Origin: Dehalococcoidia bacterium | GTDB taxonomy: Bacteria; Chloroflexota; Dehalococcoidia; Lucifugimonadales; VXLM01 | Direction: 5' to 3' | Length of the DNA stretch: 64,000 nt | Assembly (NCBI GenBank): GCA_963662435.1 | Contig: OY759598.1 | Coordinates: 2,698,507 to 2,762,506, forward strand | Part shown: one piece after another, positions 39,990 through 49,543 of the stretch | Position numbering within the stretch: position 1 is the stretch's first letter | Layout: every line of letters starts with the position of its first letter | Translations under genes and position numbers: made by a program | The notes under the pieces: model-generated | Told to the model about the DNA's origin: nothing | Databases searched by the model: none | The model's input: the letters and a program-made list of their open reading frames with translations, nothing else

Positions 39990-40799
39990 ATGCCCGCCTA
40001 CAAGACTCCGGATAATCTCGTAGAACTGCTGGACAAAGTCGTCCGATCGGCCTGTCAGACGGCCTTCTATGGCCCCCGGCTCTCGCGTGTGAATGAGATC
40101 GCCACGCTTGACGAGTTTCGAGCCATACCCCCAACTCTGCTTTCGGAATTCCGCGAACGCTCCCTGCGAGACACTCTTGCCGAACCAAGCAGCGTCGAGT
40201 GGATAGTGGGCGCCGGCGGAGGGCAGTCTCCTAAACGGACGCCCATGGTCGAGAACGCGGACGAGGGCGCGATCCGATACGACGTATTGGCAGACGCCGT
40301 GAAGGAGCACATCGCCCTCGACGCTGCTACCGTCTGCGCGGCAGTCTCGACGCCGGAGCGCCGGTACTTCGCCTCGGAGGTCGCCACGATCCTGATCGCG
40401 GCAGGGGCGCATGCGCACGTCTTCACGGACGAGGGACGACCCCGGACGTATGAACGGCTCGAACTGCTGGGGCCGCAGGTCGTGGTCATGCTCTCGCCAC
40501 GACTGGAGGAGGACCGTCTGCCCCAGACGACCAAGCTGGCAATCACGTTCAACGGGGAGCACCGCCTGAAGCGGCATGCCCAGCTCGATGTGTACCATAT
40601 CGACGGGCTGGGTTTTCTCGGTCACTCGTCCGACCTTGACACCTACACCCTCAACAGCGATGTCTACTACTTCGAACAGTCTGAGGATGGCCGCCTAATC
40701 GTTACGCCGATCTATGGACGCGTTCAGCCCGCGGTGAGGGTGCTCACCGAGGACAAGGTCGAGTTCGTCGGGGAGTCGCGGGTGCGGTTCTTGGGGTGA
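39990..40799 (+). CDS. Hypothetical protein, remote and truncated phenylacetate-CoA ligase (PaaK)-like
   Basis: AFY...IATLDEFRAIP and GRLIVTP....QPAVRVLTED resemble PaaK segments; the P-loop is not conserved. Confidence 0.6.
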   Translation: MPAYKTPDNLVELLDKVVRSACQTAFYGPRLSRVNEIATLDEFRAIPPTLLSEFRERSLRDTLAEPSSVEWIVGAGGGQSPKRTPMVENADEGAIRYDVLADAVKEHIALDAATVCAAVSTPERRYFASEVATILIAAGAHAHVFTDEGRPRTYERLELLGPQVVVMLSPRLEEDRLPQTTKLAITFNGEHRLKRHAQLDVYHIDGLGFLGHSSDLDTYTLNSDVYYFEQSEDGRLIVTPIYGRVQPAVRVLTEDKVEFVGESRVRFLG

Positions 40800-40853
40800 C
40801 GTAGCTGTCCGGCGCGTTCGCCGTGTCGACCAGGACACTATCCCCTAGCGTAG

Positions 40854-40862
40854 TGATATACT
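40854..40862 (+). promoter_or_regulatory. Extended -10 promoter
   Basis: TGATATACT about 33 bp before ATG 40895. Confidence 0.45.
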
Positions 40863-40894
40863 CCCGTTCGGAATAGCACACGCTGGGCCGAGGC

Positions 40895-42043
40895 ATGACT
40901 ATGGGCAGCGCGAAGTACAGGGTAGCCATCGTTGGAGCGGGACGCATTGGCGGTCTGCTCGAGGGTGAGCAGCCGCCGAGCGCGTTTCGCAAGCCGCACA
41001 GCCATTTCGCCTCCTACAACGCCGTCGACGAGACCGAGGTCGTGGCCGTCGCGGGACGTAGCGAGGGCCGCCTGAAGATGTTCACCAAGCGGTACGGGAT
41101 TACCAACCTGTACACCGACTACCGCGAGATGATCGAGACGGAACGGCCCGACATCGTCAGCGTGACGACGCAGACCATCCACAAGGCTGAGGTCATCACC
41201 TTCGCGGCACAGAATGGCGTTCGCGGCATCTTCGCAGAGAAGGCGCTATGTACGTCATTGGATGAGGCTGACCGGATTCGTGACGCCGTCAACGCGAATG
41301 GCGTGGCGTTCAACTTCGGCGCGGAGCGACGGCACCACGATGGTTTCCAGCGACTTCGCGAGGCGATAGCGCAGGGCGACATAGGAGAGCCGAAGTACGC
41401 CTTCTGCTACTGGTTGACCGACCTGATGAAGCACCACTCGCACACGATCGACACACTGGCGTTCCTCCTGGGCGACCCTCGGCCCATGTGGGCGGAGGGA
41501 AGGCTCGTTCTGCACGGAGACCCGCTGGACGACGGCAGTCGAAAGGGTCCCCGCGAGGGCACGGACATGCACCAGCGACCGTTGCCGTTGCCGACCCTGA
41601 ACGTCGCGGAAAACCGGTTTGTGCCCCCCGACGGCTTGGACTTTGCCGACCCGCTGCTCGACTTCTCGCGAGTGGGCTACGAAGACGGGGCGGAGGCGGT
41701 CTTCATCCCGCTGAGCCGCGCGACGGAGTTCGAGATACACGGGACGGAGGGCCGGGCGTTAGCGTGGGACGACGGCGAGGACATCCGCTTGCGCAGCAAG
41801 GCGGGCGGCAGCGACACCTCGGAGAAGCGGTTCGTTGCGTCGGGCGAGAGTCCGACCGTCAACACCATTCGCGACCTCGTGAACGAGCTGGAGACGGGCG
41901 AGCGCACGAGCGGCAACATCGACGTCACCCACAAGGTGTGCGAGGCGGAGTTCGGTCTGGCATGGTCGCACGTGCAGGGATCACAGCGCATCGACCTGCC
42001 CGTCGAGGGCGCGGGCCGCTCGCTTCAAATTCCAAATCACTAG
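40895..42043 (+). CDS. Gfo/Idh/MocA family oxidoreductase
   Basis: VAIVGAGRIG, YTDYREM, AEKAL, HTID. Confidence 0.9.
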   Translation: MTMGSAKYRVAIVGAGRIGGLLEGEQPPSAFRKPHSHFASYNAVDETEVVAVAGRSEGRLKMFTKRYGITNLYTDYREMIETERPDIVSVTTQTIHKAEVITFAAQNGVRGIFAEKALCTSLDEADRIRDAVNANGVAFNFGAERRHHDGFQRLREAIAQGDIGEPKYAFCYWLTDLMKHHSHTIDTLAFLLGDPRPMWAEGRLVLHGDPLDDGSRKGPREGTDMHQRPLPLPTLNVAENRFVPPDGLDFADPLLDFSRVGYEDGAEAVFIPLSRATEFEIHGTEGRALAWDDGEDIRLRSKAGGSDTSEKRFVASGESPTVNTIRDLVNELETGERTSGNIDVTHKVCEAEFGLAWSHVQGSQRIDLPVEGAGRSLQIPNH

Positions 42044-42073
42044 GCAATCTCACCAAGAACGGAGAACAGTACA

Positions 42074-43873
42074 TTGGCAGGCTTCATCACTCGTCCGGTC
42101 GTAACGGGAAGAAAAGGCGTCGTCACGTCGGGTCACTACCTGGCGACGGCGGCAGGGTTCCGCATCATGGAGAACGGCGGCAACGCCATCGACGCGGCCG
42201 CTGCCATGTGCATTGCGGTCGAACTGATGGAACCGCAGAGCTGCGGCATCGGCGGCGAGGTGCCGACTCTCGTCTACCCCGCCAACGAGGGCAAGGTGTA
42301 CGCCCTCAGCGGCCTGGGGTGGTCACCGAAGGCGTTTACCATAGATTGGTGCCGGGAGAACAACATTGATCTCATACCGGGGGACGGCTACCTGCCCATC
42401 ACGGTCCCGGCGGTCGTCGGCACGTGGGCAGAGGCTGTCGCGCGATGGGGCACCAAGAGCTTTTCGGAGATTCTCGCGCCGACCATCGACCTTGCCGAGA
42501 ACGGGTTCGCTCTGTATGAGGGCCTCTGGGGTTCACTGAAGGGCGGCTATACGAAGTACACGGAGCTCTATCCGTCGACCGGCGAGGTCTATCTGCCGGA
42601 CGGCAAGGTGCCCGAGATCGGCGACCTGGTGCGCAATCCCGACTACGCCGAGATGCTGCGGATCATGTGCCGCGCGGAGGACGCCGCCAAGGGGAAGGGC
42701 CGTGTGGCCGGAATCGAGGCCGCGCGCGACGCCTTCTACAAGGGAGAAATTGCCGAGCGCATCCTCGAATTCGTCACCAACAATCCCGTCGAGGACGCGA
42801 CGGGGAAGGCGCACACCGCTCTCCTGACATACGAGGACATGGCCGAGTGGCAGCCCGCCGTCGAGGAACCGTCCATGGTCGACTACCGGGGCCTGGAGGT
42901 CTACAAGTGCCCGACCTGGACTCAGGGGCCCGTGTTCCTGCAGCAGCTGACCTTGCTTGAAGGGTATGATCTCGCCTCGATGGGGCATAACTCGTCCGAG
43001 TACATCCACACGCTTGTTGAGGCCTCCAAGCTGGCGTTCGCCGACCGCGAGGCGTACTACGGCGACCCCGACTTCGATGACGTTCCGATGGACGTGCTGC
43101 TCTCCAAGGAGTACGCGGCGAAGCGGCGGGCGCTCATCGGTGATACCGCCTCGATGGAGCAGCGTCCCGGCGACGTGGGCCGGGGCATCCCCGACTACGT
43201 CCTCGATGACGTGGCGGAGAATAACCGGAAGGCCCTCGGAGTCGAGGCGAGCGAGCTCGTCGACCTCGGACTCAGTCACGCGCACGTCAGCGACACGACC
43301 CACCTCGACGCCATCGACGCGGCGGGCAACATGGTCTCGGCCACGCCCAGCGGCGGATGGATCGGCTCATCGCCGGTCATCAGGGGTCTGGGACTTTCGT
43401 TGGGCACGAGGGGGCAGATGTTCTACCTCAACCCCGACCGTCCCAACGCGCTGGAACCGCGAAAACGTCCGCGCGCCACGCTGACCCCGTCTATGGTCAC
43501 CAAGAACGGCGAGCCGTGGATGGCGTTCGGGACGCCGGGCGGAGACAGCCAGGACCAGATCACCCTCCAGTTCCTGCTGAACTACGTCGACTTCGGGATG
43601 AACATGCAGGAGGCGGTCGACGCCCCGACCTTCTACTCGACGCACTTCCCGTCGTCGTTCTACCCGCGGAAGGCGTTCCCCGGCCAGTTCGACATCGAGG
43701 ACAGGGTATCGGACGAGGTGGTGGATGAACTCACCGATCGCGGCCACAGTGTGAACCGCGTCGACCCGTGGAGCAACGGCAAGGTCATGGGCATCCGGTA
43801 CGACAAGAAGCGCGGCACGATGTACGCCGGCACGTCGCCCCGTCGGGAGGTCGCTTACTCGTTCGGCTGGTAG
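42074..43873 (+). CDS. Gamma-glutamyltransferase family protein
   Basis: GGNAIDAA, GIGG, AFADR..YYGDP, DTTH (nucleophile Thr), FGTPGGD. Confidence 0.93.
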   Translation: MAGFITRPVVTGRKGVVTSGHYLATAAGFRIMENGGNAIDAAAAMCIAVELMEPQSCGIGGEVPTLVYPANEGKVYALSGLGWSPKAFTIDWCRENNIDLIPGDGYLPITVPAVVGTWAEAVARWGTKSFSEILAPTIDLAENGFALYEGLWGSLKGGYTKYTELYPSTGEVYLPDGKVPEIGDLVRNPDYAEMLRIMCRAEDAAKGKGRVAGIEAARDAFYKGEIAERILEFVTNNPVEDATGKAHTALLTYEDMAEWQPAVEEPSMVDYRGLEVYKCPTWTQGPVFLQQLTLLEGYDLASMGHNSSEYIHTLVEASKLAFADREAYYGDPDFDDVPMDVLLSKEYAAKRRALIGDTASMEQRPGDVGRGIPDYVLDDVAENNRKALGVEASELVDLGLSHAHVSDTTHLDAIDAAGNMVSATPSGGWIGSSPVIRGLGLSLGTRGQMFYLNPDRPNALEPRKRPRATLTPSMVTKNGEPWMAFGTPGGDSQDQITLQFLLNYVDFGMNMQEAVDAPTFYSTHFPSSFYPRKAFPGQFDIEDRVSDEVVDELTDRGHSVNRVDPWSNGKVMGIRYDKKRGTMYAGTSPRREVAYSFGW

Positions 43874-43889
43874 GAACGACTGCCCCTTT

Positions 43890-44016
43890 GAGAGGGTGAC
43901 CAAAAGGGAATCCGTTCACCCCCATATCGGGTCCGGGTCAGGCTCTGAGCCTAAGGGTGGTCCATGGTTCGACAAGCCTGTTCTGAGCCAGTCTAAGGGC
44001 TCACCACGAACGGGGC
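43890..44016. repeat. Family-A doublet carrying two nested 23-24-nt inserts
   Basis: CCGTTCA[insert 43919-43942]CTCTGAGC ... GACAAG[insert 43977-43999]CTCACCACGAACGG. Confidence 0.8.
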
Positions 44017-44018
44017 TG

Positions 44019-45152
44019 TTAGTCCGCGCCCGTTCCGACGGCCAGCTTGCCGGACGCCGCCTCGATGTCGCTCATGAGCATGTCGTAGGAGTCGGCGAAG
44101 GCCTTGACGCCGTCGGCGAGCAGGACGGACGTAACGTCGCCCATGTCGACTCCCGCATCGCTCAGGCCGGCTTGCACCCGCTCCGCCGCTTCTCCCGCCG
44201 CGTCGTCTATGGTATGGCTCGCGTCGACCCCACGCTCCATCAGGTTGTCGATGGTCGCGCGCGGCATCGTGTTGACGGTGTCCCTCGCCATGAGGCTGGT
44301 CACGTAGAGCAGGTCATCGTAGGCGGGATTCTTGACGCTGGTGCTCGCCCAGAGCGGACGCTGCACGCGGGCGCCATGCTTGCGAAGCTCAGCGAAACGC
44401 GGGGCTCCGAACTCCGTGACGAATGTGCGATAGGCGAGATGCGCGTTGGCGACCGCGGCCCTGCCGAGGAGAGGCTTGATATCATCGCGGCCCCCGGCGA
44501 TCAGGACGTTCAGGAGGTTGTCGACGGCGGTATCGACGCGGCTCACGAAGAACGACGCCACCGACGACACCTTCGACAGGTCTCCGCCCCGCTCCTCCAA
44601 GCGCTCCAGTCCCGAGATATAGGCATCGACAACACGACGGTGCGACTCGAGGGAGAATATCAGCGTGACGTTGACGTTGATGCCCTCTCCTATCAGCGTC
44701 TCGATGGCCGGAATGCCCTCTGGCGTCGCGGGCACCTTAATCATGATGTTGGGTCGGTCGATGTCAGCGAACAGCCGCCGCGCCTCGTGGATGGTGCCCT
44801 CGGTATCGTGGGCCAAGCGTGGACTTACCTCGAACGACGCGAAGCCGTCCGCTCCGCCCGACCCGTCGAACACGGGTCGCAGCAGGTCCGCCGCGTCGCG
44901 GATGTCCGCTATTGCCATCGTCTCGAAGATCTCGCGAGTGTCCTTGCCTGCATCCGCCAGACTCATCAGCTCGTCGTCGTAGTCGGACGACTCGGTGATC
45001 GCCTTGTGGAAGATCGTCGGGTTCGACGTGAGGCCGGTGACCCCGTTGTCGATGAGCTCTTTGAGCCCGCCCGACTCGATCATGGCCCGGCTGATGTCGT
45101 CGTACCAGACCGACTGTCCCATGTCCCGGAGGCTCTGAATCGGCGTGACCAT
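44019..45152 (-). CDS. tal: Transaldolase
   Basis: [54 protein letters not shown] before ATG 45152. Confidence 0.95.
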   Translation of the reverse strand: MVTPIQSLRDMGQSVWYDDISRAMIESGGLKELIDNGVTGLTSNPTIFHKAITESSDYDDELMSLADAGKDTREIFETMAIADIRDAADLLRPVFDGSGGADGFASFEVSPRLAHDTEGTIHEARRLFADIDRPNIMIKVPATPEGIPAIETLIGEGINVNVTLIFSLESHRRVVDAYISGLERLEERGGDLSKVSSVASFFVSRVDTAVDNLLNVLIAGGRDDIKPLLGRAAVANAHLAYRTFVTEFGAPRFAELRKHGARVQRPLWASTSVKNPAYDDLLYVTSLMARDTVNTMPRATIDNLMERGVDASHTIDDAAGEAAERVQAGLSDAGVDMGDVTSVLLADGVKAFADSYDMLMSDIEAASGKLAVGTGAD

Positions 45153-45368
45153 ATGCTGCAACTCCTCCCTGAAGGCCTGCCCTGACGGCAATTCTCCCCA
45201 ATTGTAGCGTGTTGCGGCGTTCCCCGATACTCGATTGGCAGGGTTGAGGTTCAACCTCATGGGCGCGATTGAAACGCCCGTGCTTTTCCGATAGCCTGTG
45301 TGCCCAAAATCACTAGGGCGGCAGGGTGACACGTTCCAGCCGCCGCCAACCGAAAGGAACAAAGGCTC

Positions 45369-45794
45369 ATGGACAACATCGACCTTGGGAGCTTGAACTA
45401 CCTGGCGATCATCGTCGGAGTCATCATCAACCAGGCCCTGGGCGCTGCCTGGTACGGCGCGCTGGGCAAGCCGTGGATGGCCGAAGTCGGCTTCACGCCG
45501 GAGGACCTCGAGGCGATGAAGGGAACGTCTCGTCAGTGGTACCCCTACGTCGTGGCCATTGTGAGTGCGCTCATCTTCGTCACGGGCCTCGCCGTGCTGG
45601 TCCAGGGCATGGCATCAGACAACGTCCTTTGCGGCCTCATCCTCGGCCTGATCGCGTCGGTCGGGTTTATCGCGACGTCGTACGCGACGACCTACAGCTT
45701 CGAGGGACGCAGCATCAAGCTGTTCCTCATCAACAGCGGATACCCGGTGATTTCGTACGCCATCATCGGAGTCCTGCTGGCGGTCTGGCAGTAG
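45369..45794 (+). CDS. DUF1761 family membrane protein
   Basis: NYLAI...LGAAWY...GKPWM..., LFLINSGY. Confidence 0.8.
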   Translation: MDNIDLGSLNYLAIIVGVIINQALGAAWYGALGKPWMAEVGFTPEDLEAMKGTSRQWYPYVVAIVSALIFVTGLAVLVQGMASDNVLCGLILGLIASVGFIATSYATTYSFEGRSIKLFLINSGYPVISYAIIGVLLAVWQ

Positions 45795-45844
45795 TCGCGG
45801 CGCAAAGGCGTCCATTTTAGGACATCCGATATCTCTGCCTAAGT

Positions 45845-46060
45845 CGTTCGTGGTGAGCTCTTCGACGGGCTCAGGACAGGCTTGTCGAACCATGAACGAC
45901 TGGGCCACCCTTCGACAAGCTATCAAGTAACCGTTTTATGTCAGCGACGATGGACGGCCAACTTCAGCCTTCGACAGGCTCAGGCCGAACGTACTCTCTC
46001 GTAGCCACACAGCAGTTACTGGTACCCTGCGCGGCCTCGCGCGCGGGGCTCATTGCGAAC
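45845..46060. repeat. Family-A composite repeat (long variant) with a 23-nt insert
   Basis: Colinear with 14230-14410; insert at 45858-45880. Confidence 0.8.
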
Positions 46061-46069
46061 GTTCCGAAT

Positions 46070-46552
46070 TTAGAACGGCCTCAAGTCCAGCCTATCACCC
46101 GCCCACCGTGCGAGGGCCTTGTCCGGCAACGGAATCTCGTCCAGCGAGGTGTAGTAGTAGTCCTCCCAACCCTGCTCCGGGAGGCCGGTGAACAACATCA
46201 GGTTCAGGGGGTACTCCTCGCTCTCCACTACGCGGCGGAAGTCGTCTCTGAACAGGAACGTGGGCTTGCCCAGGGCGATCGCCATGCCCAGCTCCACCAT
46301 CACGCCCTCGTCGGGAGGAACGCCGTTGACGACGGCGAAGATGGCGTCCGACTCGGCCACGTCGCGGAAGTCGTCCTGCCCGATCCGGTACGCCCACCCC
46401 GCCTTCGCGAAGTCGACCTGGTTGTTCCGCTCGAACGGCTCCCACACCTCCAGCCCAAGCCCCTCCAGCGCAGACACCAGCGGCGGCAGCAACTCCGCCT
46501 TCTGCTGGGCAGAGAACCCGTAGGGATTGGCGAGGTAGATGGTCTTGGGCAT
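46070..46552 (-). CDS. Nucleoside 2-deoxyribosyltransferase family protein
   Basis: IYLANPYGFS, D, PDEGVMVELGMA, LNLM. Confidence 0.9.
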   Translation of the reverse strand: MPKTIYLANPYGFSAQQKAELLPPLVSALEGLGLEVWEPFERNNQVDFAKAGWAYRIGQDDFRDVAESDAIFAVVNGVPPDEGVMVELGMAIALGKPTFLFRDDFRRVVESEEYPLNLMLFTGLPEQGWEDYYYTSLDEIPLPDKALARWAGDRLDLRPF

Positions 46553-46679
46553 GGGTGGGGTCCTTCGGTTGGGGTGGTGGGGTCATGATACCGCAGACAG
46601 CGGGGATGACGTTGCCCTGGGTGTCGACTACGCCGTATGGTGGACGTGTTTGTTCTAGTTACACCCGAACTACAGCCCA

Positions 46680-46784
46680 ATGAGCCTTAGCATCGATAGT
46701 CACGAGGTGCGGCGGCTAGCAATGGAACTCGCCAGTCTTACCGCCGACAACGGCTGCGTCACCGGGGAAAGCCTTCAGTGCTGA
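46680..46784 (+). pseudogene. Truncated vapB antitoxin remnant
   Basis: MSLSIDSHEVRRLAMELASLTAD aligns with MSLNIKNEETCRLAGELASLTGE of 47729, then diverges and stops after 34 aa. Confidence 0.7.
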
Positions 46785-46848
46785 GGAGATATGCCACAGG
46801 CAGCGTGTTAATCCTGCGCCGGCAATGTGTTTTTGTCGGAGGTGAGAG

Positions 46849-47337
46849 ATGAGTAGGCCAAATGTGGTTGCCTATAGCGTAACTGCTCTAATCGCGGCAG
46901 TGTTGGTTCTTGGCGCAGTCGCCATGATCTGTGTCGTCGGCTTCAACACTGATCTGGATTTTTCGGTTGAAACCGTAGAGGAATATGCCAGATGGTGCGG
47001 CAGGGTTGGGGATCCGGTTGGTGACGAACTGGAAAGGCGAGGTGGTTGGACGGGATGGGGAGACCTTGCCGAAGCCCTCGAAGTCCCTGTACGGGAGGCC
47101 GAGGCCATCAATCCGGTTCCCGAAGGCTTGGAGGGGTTCCACGCGGCAAAGCTCGGATACCTCAGAGGTATGTTGAGCCTTACACGTAGCAAGCAACCTT
47201 CAGTTTACGTTGACAGCATCGAACTTCGTAAAGAGTCGGAGACGACAGACAGCTTGACTGCGAGAGTGGACGCGGAGACTCAGAACCTATCGCCCAGCGT
47301 CGCTGACGCACTTCGCGCCACAGGATGCATTGAGTAG
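46849..47337 (+). CDS. Hypothetical membrane-anchored protein
   Basis: GGAGG RBS, N-terminal hydrophobic helix, 162 aa. Confidence 0.7.
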   Translation: MSRPNVVAYSVTALIAAVLVLGAVAMICVVGFNTDLDFSVETVEEYARWCGRVGDPVGDELERRGGWTGWGDLAEALEVPVREAEAINPVPEGLEGFHAAKLGYLRGMLSLTRSKQPSVYVDSIELRKESETTDSLTARVDAETQNLSPSVADALRATGCIE

Positions 47338-47437
47338 CTCAGGAGAGTGGTCTTCTGTCCAATCGTCGCACTGATAGCGATTATCTCTTCGTGATCACCG
47401 GACTCTCTGACAGTCCGGTGTTCCCACCGGCCCAACA

Positions 47438-47578
47438 GTCCACCTGGTTGTTCCGCTCGAACGACTCCCACACCTGCAGCCCAAGCCCCTCCAGCGCCGC
47501 AATCAGCGGCGGCAGAAGCTCAGCCTTCTGCTGGGCGGAGAAGCCATAGGGATTGGCGAGGTAGATGGTCTTGGGCAT
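47438..47578 (-). pseudogene. Truncated second copy of the nucleoside 2-deoxyribosyltransferase gene (first 47 codons)
   Basis: 43 of 47 aa identical to the N-terminus of 46070..46552, then unrelated sequence. Confidence 0.85.
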
Positions 47579-47661
47579 GGGTGGGGTCTTTAGCGTTGGG
47601 GTGGTGGGTTCATAATATCGCAACCACCACTAAGAATCTGAACTTCTTTGGCAGGGCGACG

Positions 47662-47713
47662 TTGCACACATCTTCAAGGAGGCGTATGGTAGACGCTATA
47701 GATCCGATTCTAC
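47662..47713 (+). promoter_or_regulatory. vapBC promoter with a probable operator
   Basis: TTGCAC-N17-TATGGT followed by a GTAGA...TCTAC inverted repeat. Confidence 0.55.
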
Positions 47714-47728
47714 CCCAACGAGGGCGAC

Positions 47729-47986
47729 ATGAGCCTTAACATCAAGAATGAAGAGACCTGTAGGCTTGCTGGTGAGTTGGCTAGTCTTACCGGCGAGACG
47801 ATGACCGGCGCGATCACGATTGCGCTCAGGGAAAGGTTGGAGCGTGAGAAGCATGAGCGTAGCTTTGAAGCGCGTCTAGAGAAGATTCGTTCCATCACGG
47901 AACGCACCGCTCGTATGGTTCGCGAGGGGCCGCCCGTAGTTGAGCACGGCGAATTGTTGTACGACGAGCGAGGGCTGCCAAAGTGA
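47729..47986 (+). CDS. vapB: VapB antitoxin (Rv0623-like)
   Basis: MSLNIKN....LA.ELA.LTGE...AI..ALRERL; C-terminal LYDERGLP; overlaps vapC. Confidence 0.9.
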   Translation: MSLNIKNEETCRLAGELASLTGETMTGAITIALRERLEREKHERSFEARLEKIRSITERTARMVREGPPVVEHGELLYDERGLPK

Positions 47987-48369
47987 TCGTGGACACATCA
48001 GCAATTGTCGCAATTATCTTCAGAGAAAGTGGCTATAAGCGGTACGAAAAAGCGATATTGGAAGCTCAGAGCAGTCGCATGTCTGTTGTCAGCTACCTAG
48101 AGGCGTCCATCGTCCTTGAGAGTCGGAGTGGTATTGCCACAGGGCATGATCTCGACATACTGCTGAAAGAGGCGGACATTGAACTGGAGCCCGTGACCAT
48201 CGACCAAGCGCAGGGAGCACGCCGAGCTTGGCAGCGATTTGGCAAAGGCAACCATCCAGCGGGACTGAACTTCGGTGACTGTTTCTCCTACGCGTTGGCG
48301 GAAGACACGCGCGAACCACTCCTGTTTAAGGGCCAAGATTTTGCGCAAACGGATGTAGTGGCTGCGTGA
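47983..48369 (+). CDS. vapC: VapC PIN-domain toxin
   Basis: MIVDTSAIVAI, FGKGNHPAGLNFGDCFSYALA, LLFKGQDF. Confidence 0.95.
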   Translation: MIVDTSAIVAIIFRESGYKRYEKAILEAQSSRMSVVSYLEASIVLESRSGIATGHDLDILLKEADIELEPVTIDQAQGARRAWQRFGKGNHPAGLNFGDCFSYALAEDTREPLLFKGQDFAQTDVVAA

Positions 48370-48410
48370 CTCCGCTTGGGGGCGTTGACGGCAAGCAAGG
48401 CCCCACCCCC

Positions 48411-49436
48411 CTACCCCCCGATGTGATACATCTCCACCTTTTCGCGGGTACGGAGTTCGTCGGTCATGGAGGCGCGTTCCTCGGAGTAGCGGTCGTCGCG
48501 GACTTGCCAGCGGCGGGTGATGATCTCCGCGACGTCGTCGTCGGTGGCTCCGGAGCGCAGGGGGCCTCGCAGGTCGGTGCCGACGTTGGCGAAGAGGCAG
48601 GTCACGATGCTGCCCTCGGGCGAGAGGCGGAGGCGTGTGCAGTCGCCGCAGAAGGGCTGGGTCACGGACGCGATGACTCCGATCTCGCCAGCGCCGTCCT
48701 TGTAGCGGTAGCGCCGCGCGACCTCGCCGTGGTAGTTCGCCTCTATCGGTTCCAGGGGAAGCTCGGCGTCGATCATGGAGACGATCTGGCTGGCCGACAC
48801 CACGTCGTCCATGCGCCAGCCGTTTAGGGTGCCGACGTCCATGTACTCGATGAAGCGGAGGATGTGGCCGCGTTCCTTGAAGTGACGCGCCATGTCGACG
48901 AGGGTGTGGTCGTTCATGCCGCGCTGCACGACGGAGTTGATCTTGATCGGCGTGAGGCCGACGCTCTCCGCCGCCTCGAGGCCCTTGAGCACGGTGTCGA
49001 CGCCGAAGTTGCGCCCATTCATCTTCCGGAACACCTCGTCGTCGAGGCTGTCGAGGCTGATGGTCACGCGCTGCAGTCCGGCGTCCTTCAGCGTCTGCGC
49101 CATCGAGGGGAGCAGGTAGGCGTTGGTCGTCATGGTGAGGTCTTCGATGCCGTCCACCCCGGCTAGCTGCTCGACAAGCGACTCGATGTTCTTGCGCACC
49201 AGCGGCTCTCCGCCCGTGAGCCGGACCTTCACCGCGCCCAGGTCCACGAAGATGCCCACGAGCCGCACGATCTCCTCGAACGTCAGCAGCTCATCACGCG
49301 GCAGGAACTTGTAGCGCTCGCCGAATATCTCCGCCGGCATGCAGTACGGGCAACGGAAGTTGCACCGGTCCGTGACGGAAACGCGAACGTCCCGCAGTGG
49401 GCGGTTGTATGTGTCGTTTACGGTCGTGATTGCCAT
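48411..49436 (-). CDS. moaA: GTP 3',8-cyclase
   Basis: CNFRCPYC, RLTGGEPL, FCGDC.RLRL...CLF, C-terminal IGG. Confidence 0.97.
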   Translation of the reverse strand: MAITTVNDTYNRPLRDVRVSVTDRCNFRCPYCMPAEIFGERYKFLPRDELLTFEEIVRLVGIFVDLGAVKVRLTGGEPLVRKNIESLVEQLAGVDGIEDLTMTTNAYLLPSMAQTLKDAGLQRVTISLDSLDDEVFRKMNGRNFGVDTVLKGLEAAESVGLTPIKINSVVQRGMNDHTLVDMARHFKERGHILRFIEYMDVGTLNGWRMDDVVSASQIVSMIDAELPLEPIEANYHGEVARRYRYKDGAGEIGVIASVTQPFCGDCTRLRLSPEGSIVTCLFANVGTDLRGPLRSGATDDDVAEIITRRWQVRDDRYSEERASMTDELRTREKVEMYHIGG

Positions 49437-49475
49437 GGTTTAGACGCGAGTCCTGACGGGCTGCTGGGGAAAGCG

Positions 49476-49515
49476 CCCCCTCTCTGTATCTCTCCCCCGG
49501 CGGGGGAGAGATTGT
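49476..49515. repeat. Intact hairpin repeat (empty-site equivalent for MITE copy 2)
   Basis: CCCCCTCTCTGTATCTCTCCCCCGGCGGGGGAGAGATTGT matches 9077-9100 plus 9402-9415. Confidence 0.7.
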
Positions 49516-49543
49516 TGCTGAGTCTTCATTTGCCGTCCCTGCG

